Shown here piece by piece: positions 28,398-37,614 of a stretch of DNA of 64,000 bases. Each line of letters begins with the position of its first letter. Position 1 is the stretch's first letter. The notes under the pieces were generated by a model. That model saw nothing but the letters and a program-made list of their open reading frames with translations. It made no database searches and was not told where the DNA came from. Made by a program: the position numbers and the translations under genes. Source of the DNA: Bdellovibrionota bacterium (GTDB lineage: Bacteria > Bdellovibrionota_C > UBA2361 > OMII01); contig JBIJBE010000004.1 in assembly GCA_044345405.1 (NCBI GenBank), forward strand, positions 63,007 to 127,006. The letters are read 5' to 3'.

Positions 28398-28720
28398 AAC
28401 GTTATCGATAGGGAATCGGCGATACAACAGGAAAGGGTTCGCGACAACATCGCCCCTGACACCTCATGGTACCGTGCGAACGCGACATGCCTGAGATACG
28501 CACGCAGTAATGGAGGCTGAGCGCCCTGGCGCCCACCACCACGGTGTCGTTATTTCGAATACCCCAATTTAGCATATCCCGTCTGTTCGATCCTTTCCTC
28601 AAAGCGGGTACCTGACTACTATATGACCAAAATTATCAACTGTAGCTTCCCATGGGGACCCTCGACGCGAGCGACGGCACAGGGACAATACGAGCTCAAA
28701 TTGTGTAAGGATGCGCGGCA

Positions 28721-29194
28721 ATGAGTGGGTATAGAATATTCGAGATGGGGATGCCACGCGCTGACGCGTGTCGAGATGTGTTGCGAGCCCTGCCGGAGTG
28801 GTTCGCGTTGGAGTCGTACATCGAGTCCTACGTTGTCGACACGGAGCGATACGAGACATTCGGCGCGTACGACAGCAATCGTACCCTCGTCGGATTTGTG
28901 ACCCTCAAGAGCCACAACCAGTTCACAAATGAAATTCACGTTATGGCGGTATTGCCCGAGCATCACGGTCGCGGCGTTGGAAGTATGCTCGTATCGTGCG
29001 CTGAACAACGCTCTCGAGAGCAGGGCTTTGAACTCCTTGAGGTCAAGACCTTAGGACCGAGTCGCTCCGACCCCTTCTTTGACAAGACACGAACCTTTTA
29101 CCTTAAAGCTGGCTTCCTCCCCGTTGAGGAGTTCCATGGAGTGTGGCCCGACAATCCGTGCCTCGTCATGGTGATGCCACTTACAATGCGGTGA
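28721..29194 (+). CDS. GNAT-family N-acetyltransferase
   Basis: LRALPEWF, EIHVMAVLPEHHGRGVGS, VKTLG, TR.FY...GF.P. Confidence 0.9.
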   Translation: MSGYRIFEMGMPRADACRDVLRALPEWFALESYIESYVVDTERYETFGAYDSNRTLVGFVTLKSHNQFTNEIHVMAVLPEHHGRGVGSMLVSCAEQRSREQGFELLEVKTLGPSRSDPFFDKTRTFYLKAGFLPVEEFHGVWPDNPCLVMVMPLTMR

Positions 29195-29251
29195 GTCGCA
29201 ATTAGGCTGGAAGGCAAGCGCTCGCGATGAGCGCTTCCACCGTGGGGCGTT

Positions 29252-29584
29252 TCACGTCTGCGTTGAGGCGACCCTCAAGAGAATGCTACCCCCGATGATC
29301 ATGACAAGGCCGGCGATCTTCATGATGGTCACCGATTCGCCAAAGACGACAACACCCACCAGGGCTATCGTCGCGGTTCCTACCCCAGACCAAATGGCGT
29401 AGACGATCCCGACCTCTAAGGTCTTAAGAGCCTGTGACATAAGCCCCAAGCTTCCGAGGAAAAAACACACCACCCCGATACTGGGGATAAGGCGCGTAAA
29501 ACCGAGCGAAAGCTTCAGGCAGGTGGTACCGGAAAGTTCGAACAGGATAGCGATAGCGAGCATGAGCCATGGATTCATGTTCAC
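29252..29584 (-). CDS. small multidrug resistance (SMR/DMT) efflux transporter
   Basis: WLMLAIAILFE..GTT.LKLS.GF (membrane Glu), YAIWSG.G, FGES. Confidence 0.92.
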   Translation of the reverse strand: MNMNPWLMLAIAILFELSGTTCLKLSLGFTRLIPSIGVVCFFLGSLGLMSQALKTLEVGIVYAIWSGVGTATIALVGVVVFGESVTIMKIAGLVMIIGGSILLRVASTQT

Positions 29585-29702
29585 AGCTTAGATCATCAGG
29601 CAAGGAAGTTGTAGAGATCCTCGGGATTCAAAGGGAGCGCAAGAGGTGCGTCAGAGGACCCGAGGTTCTTTGCCGAACAGGCTCCACACAAGAGAACGGG
29701 GA

Positions 29703-30557
29703 TCATGCCCACGAGCTTCGAACAAACGCGTATCGCTTGAAGAGAACGCGGAAATCCTCAATAGCGTCCTCAAGGGCGCTCTCCGGATGGTACAGGCCAT
29801 CATTACGCCCATCCACAAAGACGAAGCGATCTTGCGTATCACAAGAGCGGTCATGAAAGGGAGGTTGTCTGCCTCCAACAACGATATTGTCGAAGTGATG
29901 ATCGAGGAGGAGTCCGAGCGCTGGATCATCGGGCGAACGGGACTCTCGCCAGATCGCCCGCATAAGCGTCGGAATGGTTGTGTATCCGATATCCCATTCG
30001 CGCTCCGACAATCCACGTTGAGTGGCGAGCGACAAGAAGGTTTCCCCCCTTACGAACGGAGCGACCGCGACAAGCCTATGGCCATGGAAAGGCACCTCTT
30101 CCTCGAGAGCGATGTGCCGCTTTACCCACTCCGCGCGAAATGTGGGCGGTTGAGTTCGCGGAAGTTTCTCGTCATGAGAGACCAGATTTGTATCAGAGAC
30201 CTTCACCACAAAAGCTTCATCACGATCGAGAGCCGAAACGGTCAACACTTGCCGTTGAGTGCCCACAGCTACGGACGGAGATACCGTAAATCGATCGCCC
30301 GTCAATCGCGCGCTCAGATGTTCAATCGCGGCCCTAACGACATCTGCCCCTTCAGTCGGGGAAAGCAATCGTCGAGGGGGCGTGAGAGTCGCGGAGGAGA
30401 CGCACGTCAAGCTTTCGGGAACATGAATAGCCGGTCGCTGAGATACAAACATAAAGGAAGGCCCAGGTGACTTCTTACGTGCTAGCTTCTCACATAGTGG
30501 CGCGCTAGTTGTAAAAAGGTGAAAGATGGTGAAGTTAGGGCTACTTAAGGGTTCCAT
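29703..30557 (-). CDS. hypothetical protein with protein-kinase-like (PKL) motif order
   Basis: VAVGTQRQV, FVVKV, APFVRGETF, LDHHFDNIVV (DxxxxN), FVFVD. Start uncertain. Confidence 0.6.
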   Translation of the reverse strand: MEPLSSPNFTIFHLFTTSAPLCEKLARKKSPGPSFMFVSQRPAIHVPESLTCVSSATLTPPRRLLSPTEGADVVRAAIEHLSARLTGDRFTVSPSVAVGTQRQVLTVSALDRDEAFVVKVSDTNLVSHDEKLPRTQPPTFRAEWVKRHIALEEEVPFHGHRLVAVAPFVRGETFLSLATQRGLSEREWDIGYTTIPTLMRAIWRESRSPDDPALGLLLDHHFDNIVVGGRQPPFHDRSCDTQDRFVFVDGRNDGLYHPESALEDAIEDFRVLFKRYAFVRSSWA

Positions 30558-30797
30558 CCCTAACTTTTTCTCTCAGAGACAGAGCGCGGTAAATCCGACA
30601 GAGGTACGATTTCAAATCGGATGCAATCGTGCTGCTCGGGTCGAGCCGAAACATGGATTATTCCTTTTTAAAAATTGTTTTCAAATCGATAAACTGAATG
30701 TTTGTGTCGCGCGGTCACTGAGAGAAATAGTTGGGGACGCTGACTTGGCCCGAAATAAGAGGTTGCCAAAAACAATCTTGGTGGCCATGTATCTTTT

Positions 30798-31619
30798 ATG
30801 AGACGAATTCTTTCTGTTCTTTCTGCAACATCAATCCTGATATCTGGCTGCGGGGGGCACACTCCACGCCTCGGAGCGCCGGAGGGTCTGATAGGTAAAG
30901 ATAATGCGCGCGTTCGAATCGTCGATCTCACCCATGAATTTGATGTCGACTCACCGCACTGGAAGGGAGATCCTCCCATGCGCCGCAAAACCGTCTACAC
31001 CATCGCTCGAGATGGATTCTTGCTTGAGGAGTACTGTCACGTCGGACAGTGGGGGACTCACGTAGATCCACCGGCCCACTTTCACAAAGGATTGAGAACG
31101 AGCGACGAAATACCGGTCTCCGAACTAATCCTTCCGCTTGTCGTCATCGATGTACACAAAAAGGTAGAGAATAATCCCGACTACGTGCTCACCCTCGATG
31201 ATATTCACGAGTGGGAGAATCGCCACGGCCCCATCCCGCAGGGCTCCTTTGTGGCGATGCGCACCGATTGGTCTAAACGGTGGACGAGCGAAGCGGAGAT
31301 GCAAAATCGCGACGCGCGCGGCGTCGCGCACTATCCGGGCTGGAGTATCGAGACCCTACGATATCTCTATGAGGTTCGAAACATAACCGCTTCTGGACAT
31401 GAAACAACCGATACCGATCCGGGCCTCTCCGTGTCAAAAGACACCTACGAGCTGGAGTCCTTCATTTTGAAACATAACCGATATCAGGTCGAACTCCTCG
31501 CGAACCTCGACCAGGTTCCAGAGGCTGGCGGCGTTGTGTTTGTCGGAGTTCCCAAGGTTAAGCGAGGATCCGGTTTTCCAGCTCGAGCGATAGCGATCGT
31601 TCCTGCTACTGAGGGTTGA
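30798..31619 (+). CDS. cyclase-family (kynurenine formamidase-like) metal hydrolase, predicted lipoprotein
   Basis: VDLTH, GQWGTHVDPPAHF, RTDWSKRW, GHETTDTD, ELLANLDQVP, GSGFPARA. Lipobox LISGC. Confidence 0.9.
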   Translation: MRRILSVLSATSILISGCGGHTPRLGAPEGLIGKDNARVRIVDLTHEFDVDSPHWKGDPPMRRKTVYTIARDGFLLEEYCHVGQWGTHVDPPAHFHKGLRTSDEIPVSELILPLVVIDVHKKVENNPDYVLTLDDIHEWENRHGPIPQGSFVAMRTDWSKRWTSEAEMQNRDARGVAHYPGWSIETLRYLYEVRNITASGHETTDTDPGLSVSKDTYELESFILKHNRYQVELLANLDQVPEAGGVVFVGVPKVKRGSGFPARAIAIVPATEG

Positions 31620-31940
31620 GGAGGTTCTTCGCCCCGTCCTGAGGCGCCTCAAGGGGCAACTCCTCTCGACCTCATCGGTAACCTCGCGAGATTCTTTCAC
31701 TCAGACGCAAAAATAATCCGTAACCCTCTACGAAAACATATCTTTTTGCGCTCTGGCTCTTCCAATGCGACCCATAGTAGGGTCAACTCCTACGGAGTGA
31801 CCGTAGACCGTGCGGAATACCCTACACCTTTCGTAGGAAGTGGTTCACAATACAGAGAAGCCGCATGACGTAGGGAGATGAGGTCGGTTGATGATGTATA
31901 GGGGTACACATCAAGACCTCCCACCACTGAAGAGAAGACG

Positions 31941-34013
31941 ATGCAGCGAGCAAGCAAAACGGGTAGCGAGAAAAAGGGACCAACCCTCAAAACATCAACT
32001 TCTCGCGCCATCGCGAGTCTCGCGAACGAAGAGTTAGTCTGGTCCTACAAAACCATCCTCCTTTCACGCCTCCTCGACGAAAAAACGATCACCCTCTACA
32101 AGCAGAATAAGTGCCACTTCCAAATAAGCTGCGCGGGACATGAGGGGATTCAGGTAGCCACAGCTCGTGTGTTCAGATCCGGACACGATTGGTTCTATCC
32201 ATACTACCGTGACATGGCGCTCGTGGTCGGACTCGGCATGACAGCCGAGGAGATCATGATGAACGCCATGAATAAGGTGAACGATCCGAACTCGCACGGC
32301 CGAATGATGCCGATGCACTACTGTTCGGTGCCCCTCCGTATTCCCCCTCAAAGCTCCCCCACAGGGAGTCAATTCCTCCAAGCGGTCGGATGCGCGCTCG
32401 GAGCGAAGATGAAACACCTCGACGAGGTAGTATACGTCTCGGCTGGTGAGGGAACGTGCTCACAGGGCGATTTCCACGAAGCCCTAAACTGGGCAGCTCG
32501 TGAGAAGCTTCCCGTTGTCTTCGTCATTCAGAACAACGATTACGCGATCTCGGTCCACATCTCAGAGCAACTCGCCGGCTCAAGTATCGCGACGATAGCG
32601 CAGAACTACGAGAACCTTCATACCGCGCAAGTGAACGGGTCGGATGTTGAGGCGTCGACCGCGGCGCTTAAATTCGCGCACGACCGAGCTCGTCGTGGCG
32701 AGGGCCCCTCGCTCATCGAGGCGCATGTACCACGATTACAAAGCCACTCAATCTCCGATAATCACCTGAAGTACAGAACATCTGAGGACCTCGCGAAGGA
32801 GCAACTCCGATGTCCACTCCGACTTACGAGAGCGATGTTGTTGGACCGCAAAGTCCTCACTCAAGCTCAGATCGAGGAGATGCACGCGGACATCAAGAAC
32901 CTCGTGGATCGCGCGGCGGAGGACGCCGAACAGACCCCAGATCCAACAGCGAGCGACGCGACAACACACACCTTCAAAAACCCCACGCCATGGGAGGGGA
33001 TTACGGAACCAGAGGCGACCGGCGAAGAGGTCTTCATCGTTGACGCGCTCAATCACGCACTCGATGAGGAGCTCGCGCGAAACCCAGACACCTGTATCTT
33101 TGGTGAGGATGTGGCGCATGGGAAAGGTGGCGTGTTCACCGTAACGGCGGGACTCACCGCCAAACACGGCGCGACGCGAGTATTTAATAGCCAGCTCGCT
33201 GAGAGTTCAATTGTGGGAGCCGCGATCGGATTAGCCTCTCGGGGCATGAAGCCTATCGCTGAGATCCAGTTCGGTGACTACGTGTGGACGGGCGCGAATC
33301 AGATCCGTAACGAACTTGCGATGCTCCACTACCGGTGCGCGGGAGATTACGGATGCCCGGCAGTCATTCGCATACCTGTGGGTGGATACATTCGAGGCGG
33401 CGCCTACCATTCACAAAACATCGAAGCGACCTTCGCTCACTTTCCCGGACTCTTCGTCCTCTACCCTTCTAACGCTACCGACGCGAAGGGGCTTTTAAAG
33501 GCGGCGATTCGGGCTCAAGACCCGGTACTCTTCCTTGAACACAAAGGGCTCTACCGACAGGTCTACGCGAAGGGACCAGAGGGAGACGCGGATTTCGTAG
33601 TGCCAATAGGTAAGGCGAAGACCGTTCGAGAGGGCACCGATCTCACTATCGTGACATGGGGAGCGCTCGTTCATAAGAGCCTTCTCACCGCTCACATGAT
33701 GGAGTCAAAGGGATACTCGATAGAGGTAATCGATATCCGCTCGATCGTCCCGCTCGATATTGAACACATCTTCAACAGTGTGCGCAAAACAGGTCGAGTA
33801 GTGATAGCGCACGAGGATGTGCTCTTCGGTGGATTCGGGGGTGAGATAGCGGCACAAGTGGCGGAGAAATGCTTCGCGAATTTGGACGCTCCGGTCAAAC
33901 GTGTGGGTATGAAGTACGCGGCTGCGGTGCCTCACGCCCCCGTTCTCGAGGATATCGTTCTACCGCAGACCGAAGATCTCGTGGCCGCTGTTGAAGAGAC
34001 ACTGAACTTCTAG
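31941..34013 (+). CDS. 2-oxoacid (probably branched-chain) dehydrogenase E1, fused alpha/beta subunits
   Basis: Alpha: GHE, PYYRD, GEG..SQGDFHEALN...IQNN TPP motif, HS.SD. Beta: GEDV..GKGGVF, AEIQFGDY, HSQ, LEHK, EVIDIRSI.PLD. Confidence 0.93.
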   Translation: MQRASKTGSEKKGPTLKTSTSRAIASLANEELVWSYKTILLSRLLDEKTITLYKQNKCHFQISCAGHEGIQVATARVFRSGHDWFYPYYRDMALVVGLGMTAEEIMMNAMNKVNDPNSHGRMMPMHYCSVPLRIPPQSSPTGSQFLQAVGCALGAKMKHLDEVVYVSAGEGTCSQGDFHEALNWAAREKLPVVFVIQNNDYAISVHISEQLAGSSIATIAQNYENLHTAQVNGSDVEASTAALKFAHDRARRGEGPSLIEAHVPRLQSHSISDNHLKYRTSEDLAKEQLRCPLRLTRAMLLDRKVLTQAQIEEMHADIKNLVDRAAEDAEQTPDPTASDATTHTFKNPTPWEGITEPEATGEEVFIVDALNHALDEELARNPDTCIFGEDVAHGKGGVFTVTAGLTAKHGATRVFNSQLAESSIVGAAIGLASRGMKPIAEIQFGDYVWTGANQIRNELAMLHYRCAGDYGCPAVIRIPVGGYIRGGAYHSQNIEATFAHFPGLFVLYPSNATDAKGLLKAAIRAQDPVLFLEHKGLYRQVYAKGPEGDADFVVPIGKAKTVREGTDLTIVTWGALVHKSLLTAHMMESKGYSIEVIDIRSIVPLDIEHIFNSVRKTGRVVIAHEDVLFGGFGGEIAAQVAEKCFANLDAPVKRVGMKYAAAVPHAPVLEDIVLPQTEDLVAAVEETLNF

Positions 34014-34140
34014 CCGTCCAGAGTGACTGGAATGCCTAACCACCTGTAAGTTCGTAAAATTCAGGGGCCGGGTCGGTGAAACACCGCCCTCCCACGAGCT
34101 CTATCTGGACGCAAACGCACCGTTCCCCTACTCTTCCGTT

Positions 34141-34689
34141 GTGAACAACAACGGAAAGCCCGCTCCAACCATCGGCGTCGTAGATGGTAACAATATTATC
34201 GTAAGACAATCCTGGCTCAATCAGTACATCCTGGTTGGTGTTACCCTACTCCTTGAGGCAGCTATCATATACCTCAACGTTGAACTCGCCTTAAAAGGAG
34301 ACTTCGACATCGCGCTCGGCTCCCTCTCAATCCCTACCATCTACCTTCCGATTATCCCGTTACTCGTACTGGCGCGAGCAGCCTTCAAGATCTACAACGA
34401 GCGCTTGGTTATCACCCCTGAGTACCTTATCCAAGTCACCGGACGGCTGTGGTGGTCCTCGAGAACCTCTCGTCTCGACTACAATCAGATCCAAGAGATA
34501 GAGACCATTCAGAGTATTCCGCAACGAATACTTGGAGTTGCGGATATTCACATCACCCCCATCGGTCGTGACCTCAAGGGGTCGATTATGATGCCCGGTC
34601 TCCGTAACCCTCGGGCGGTAAAAGATGTTATCCGCAACCTCCGTAGCCAGCAGGGGGAGCTTTCGAATCCCGTTATGGCGGCGGAGTAA
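34141..34689 (+). CDS. membrane protein with bacterial PH domain
   Basis: Two TM helices followed by IT...L....G, IQEIETIQSIPQRILGVADI.I. Confidence 0.75.
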   Translation: MNNNGKPAPTIGVVDGNNIIVRQSWLNQYILVGVTLLLEAAIIYLNVELALKGDFDIALGSLSIPTIYLPIIPLLVLARAAFKIYNERLVITPEYLIQVTGRLWWSSRTSRLDYNQIQEIETIQSIPQRILGVADIHITPIGRDLKGSIMMPGLRNPRAVKDVIRNLRSQQGELSNPVMAAE

Positions 34690-34799
34690 CGGTGTCATCA
34701 GGCACTCGCCTCCTTCGCCTCGAGGAACAAAAAATATCCTGGTGATAATCTTTGCGTTTTTGCCTCACGCGCCACATTTGATATGCTCCCCACGCGCGT

Positions 34800-36227
34800 A
34801 TGGTGTTTAGCTCGTACATCTTCCTCTTCTATTTTCTCCCCATCGTTTTGGGCATGTATCTCGTTGCCCCTCGGCTTTTAAAAAATCTCGTTCTCATATC
34901 AGCCAGCCTCATCTTCTACGCATGGGGAGAGCCGCGATTCGTGGGGATGCTCCTCGGGTTGTGCGCGGTTGATTTCGTCTTCTCTCACCTCATCGATCGA
35001 GCGACTGCCCGAGGGGCCAAAGGGTGGCTGTCACTCTCGATCGTCATTAACGTCTGCTCCCTTGGGTATTTTAAGTACGCCAACTTTTTTGTGGGCGAGG
35101 CCTCTCGCATCGGCTCCTGGTTTGGTGCCCCACCGATAGCGTGGCAAACGGTCGTACTCCCTATCGGCATCTCCTTCTTTACCTTCCATAAGATCAGCTA
35201 CATCGTGGATGTGTACCGAAAGGTTCGCCCTCCGTGTCGCAATCCGATCACCTTCCTCCTCTACATCCTATTTTTCCCCCAGCTTATCGCCGGACCGATC
35301 GTTCGATACCACGAGATTGAGGATCAGCTTCATAACCGCTCGACCCGCTTGAACGACCTCTTCGAGGGGATGATTCGTTTCTCGATCGGACTCGGCAAGA
35401 AGGTACTCATCGCCGACGTGGTGGGTCATACCGCTGACAAGGTATTCGCCCTGAAAGAGGCTTCTCTTTCGACCGATATCGCGTGGCTCGGTATCATCGC
35501 CTACACCGCGCAGATCTACTTTGACTTCTCAGGGTACTCCGATATGGCGATCGGACTCGCGCGGATGTTCGGCTTCCGATTCCCTGAGAATTTTAATCAC
35601 CCCTACCTCGCCTCCTCCTTTACCGACTTCTGGCGACGTTGGCACATGTCGTTCGGTCGTTGGATGCGCGAATACCTCTACTATCCCCTAGGTGGAAACA
35701 AGTGCAGCGTTCCGCGCCAATACTTCAACCTGTGGGTTGTGTTTCTCTTCTCTGGACTGTGGCACGGCGCTCAGTGGACCTTCATCTTGTGGGGGATGTG
35801 GCACGGGTTCTTTATGACCCTGGAGCGACTCTTCCTCTCTAAGTATCTTCTGAAACTTCCTCACGCGGCGCAGGTGTTACTGACCCTCTTTTTGGTGATG
35901 TTGAGCCGCGTCCTCTTCCGAGCGGATGACCTCACACAGGCGAGTATGTACTTTCGACATCTCGTGAGTAACGAGGGGGTGAAGAAGATACTTCCCCTCT
36001 ATTCCGTGACCTCAAATTTCGAGATCTTTATGGTCGTCGTGGCGTACGCGCTTTGTCTCTGGCCTCTGATCCCAGGGGCGCTGGCGCTCAAGGATCGTAT
36101 GCAATCCTGGAGCCCACCGGTCATTCGGATCGCGGCTATGGCCTCGCAAGCGGCGGCGCTCCTCCTTCTCTCCGCCGCGGCGATGGCGGGTACCGATTTC
36201 TCACCGTTTATCTATTTCCAATTCTGA
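34800..36227 (+). CDS. MBOAT-family O-acyltransferase (AlgI/DltB/PatA-like)
   Basis: MVFSS..FLF.FLP, FKYANF, LPIGISFFTF..ISY..DVY, FFPQLIAGPIVR, QIYFDFSGYSDMAIG, FWRRWH, GLWHGA, FIYFQF. Confidence 0.95.
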   Translation: MVFSSYIFLFYFLPIVLGMYLVAPRLLKNLVLISASLIFYAWGEPRFVGMLLGLCAVDFVFSHLIDRATARGAKGWLSLSIVINVCSLGYFKYANFFVGEASRIGSWFGAPPIAWQTVVLPIGISFFTFHKISYIVDVYRKVRPPCRNPITFLLYILFFPQLIAGPIVRYHEIEDQLHNRSTRLNDLFEGMIRFSIGLGKKVLIADVVGHTADKVFALKEASLSTDIAWLGIIAYTAQIYFDFSGYSDMAIGLARMFGFRFPENFNHPYLASSFTDFWRRWHMSFGRWMREYLYYPLGGNKCSVPRQYFNLWVVFLFSGLWHGAQWTFILWGMWHGFFMTLERLFLSKYLLKLPHAAQVLLTLFLVMLSRVLFRADDLTQASMYFRHLVSNEGVKKILPLYSVTSNFEIFMVVVAYALCLWPLIPGALALKDRMQSWSPPVIRIAAMASQAAALLLLSAAAMAGTDFSPFIYFQF

Positions 36228-36229
36228 TC

Positions 36230-37459
36230 ATGGAAGAGACCTCCTCAAAATCAGTTCTGGGGGTAAAGATAGCGTTCCTCGCTATCGTGGGGCTCTTCCT
36301 CGCGTTTCCGATCGCGAACGATCTCCGTCCGATCATTACGGAACGAGCTCCGTTTGGAATGCCGATGGCGAAGCCGGCGCCGCCCTTCTCACGTCAGGCG
36401 TTCCTGAAGCGCTCGTGGCAAAAGGTAGTCGAGACTCGAGCGAAGCGCTCCTCCGGTTTGTGGTATCCACTAACCCTCGTCGCCAACGAGATATACTCCC
36501 GTGGCTTCGGACAGATATCAGCCTTCAACGTGGGCTCAGTTCGTGTTGGTCACGACAACCACCTCTTTCAAACGGCGCACCTCTCCGCTCTTAATCACAA
36601 ACGCCCAAAAAATATCGGCAAACTCGAACAGCGCGTAGCGGATATTAAGGAGCTGCAAGAGCGCTTGAAGGCTCGCGGGACGAGCTTAGTGATCGTCGTG
36701 ACCCCAAACATGGCGCACCTCTACCCGGAGCTCATTCCGGCGGGCTACCTTGATCCTTCGCGAGAGAAGCGACCGCACCCCTACGATCTGGTTGAGAAAG
36801 CTTTCAACGACAAGGGCATTATCTATGTCGATACGGTCGATGTTCTTAAAGAGGCGCAGGCGAAGGTCCCCTTTCGCTTTTTCGCTCCTACGGGCTCTCA
36901 TTGGAACGACGTCGCCTCATGCATCGCACTCAAAGCTATCAACCTGAAACTCAAAGAGATGGGAGGACGCTCGTTCCGCGCCTTCTCGTGTGACACCTAC
37001 ACCGTGGAACCGGAGCCAAGAAGCAAAGACCGCGATCTCTTAAAGATCGCCAACGTCCTCTTCCCTGAGCGATTTCATGAACCAACGCCATACGTCTCCA
37101 TCACCTACCAAGAGCCCGAGCCAGCGAAACAACCGAGCACCCTTTTGGTGGGAACAAGTTATCTCTTCGCGCTCTCCGAACACCTCTATGATTGGAACCT
37201 GGCTAAAGTCCACAAGCTCTACTTCTACTTCCGTCAGTGGCGCTCAGGCGGCGAAGAATCGTTTCACGCCCTCTCTCGCAAGGCGATGAACTGGGATGAA
37301 ATATTCGCGAATGACGTCATCATCGTGAACGTCGGCATCGGAAATCCGGTGACGATCGGATACGGATTTATTGAGGCGGCGTTGGCGGAGATCAAAAAGC
37401 GAGAGGACGAGGCAACCAGCAGAGCAAAGCCGCGATCACCTACTCCCTTCAAAGGCTAA
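36230..37459 (+). CDS. AlgX/AlgJ-like SGNH O-acyltransferase partner
   Basis: N-terminal TM, VRVGHDNHLF, LVIVVTPN...LYPE, GSHWN, LLVGTSY (circularly permuted order). Starts 2 nt after the MBOAT stop. Confidence 0.8.
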   Translation: MEETSSKSVLGVKIAFLAIVGLFLAFPIANDLRPIITERAPFGMPMAKPAPPFSRQAFLKRSWQKVVETRAKRSSGLWYPLTLVANEIYSRGFGQISAFNVGSVRVGHDNHLFQTAHLSALNHKRPKNIGKLEQRVADIKELQERLKARGTSLVIVVTPNMAHLYPELIPAGYLDPSREKRPHPYDLVEKAFNDKGIIYVDTVDVLKEAQAKVPFRFFAPTGSHWNDVASCIALKAINLKLKEMGGRSFRAFSCDTYTVEPEPRSKDRDLLKIANVLFPERFHEPTPYVSITYQEPEPAKQPSTLLVGTSYLFALSEHLYDWNLAKVHKLYFYFRQWRSGGEESFHALSRKAMNWDEIFANDVIIVNVGIGNPVTIGYGFIEAALAEIKKREDEATSRAKPRSPTPFKG

Positions 37460-37614
37460 TCCGGGCGTCCGGAATGAGGTATCGGCCGAACAGGCACTCA
37501 GGTCGCGTCGTGAGCGGCTACACACAATCGACATCGATCCCACTACTTTTTACATGACTTTGGCGCGTTGAACGCACATACTGAGCCCCGCTAAGGCGAG
37601 AGAATACCAAGTGT

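Noticed and set aside
29585-29702. Guanidine riboswitch upstream of the SMR gene
   Set aside because: A hairpin (CCTCGGG/CCCGAGG) is present, but I could not see class I, II (twin ACGR loops) or III consensus. The protein looks Qac-like rather than Gdx-like.
29646-30470. 274-aa plus-strand ORF
   Set aside because: Arg/Ser-rich antisense shadow of the kinase-like ORF, which carries ordered motifs.
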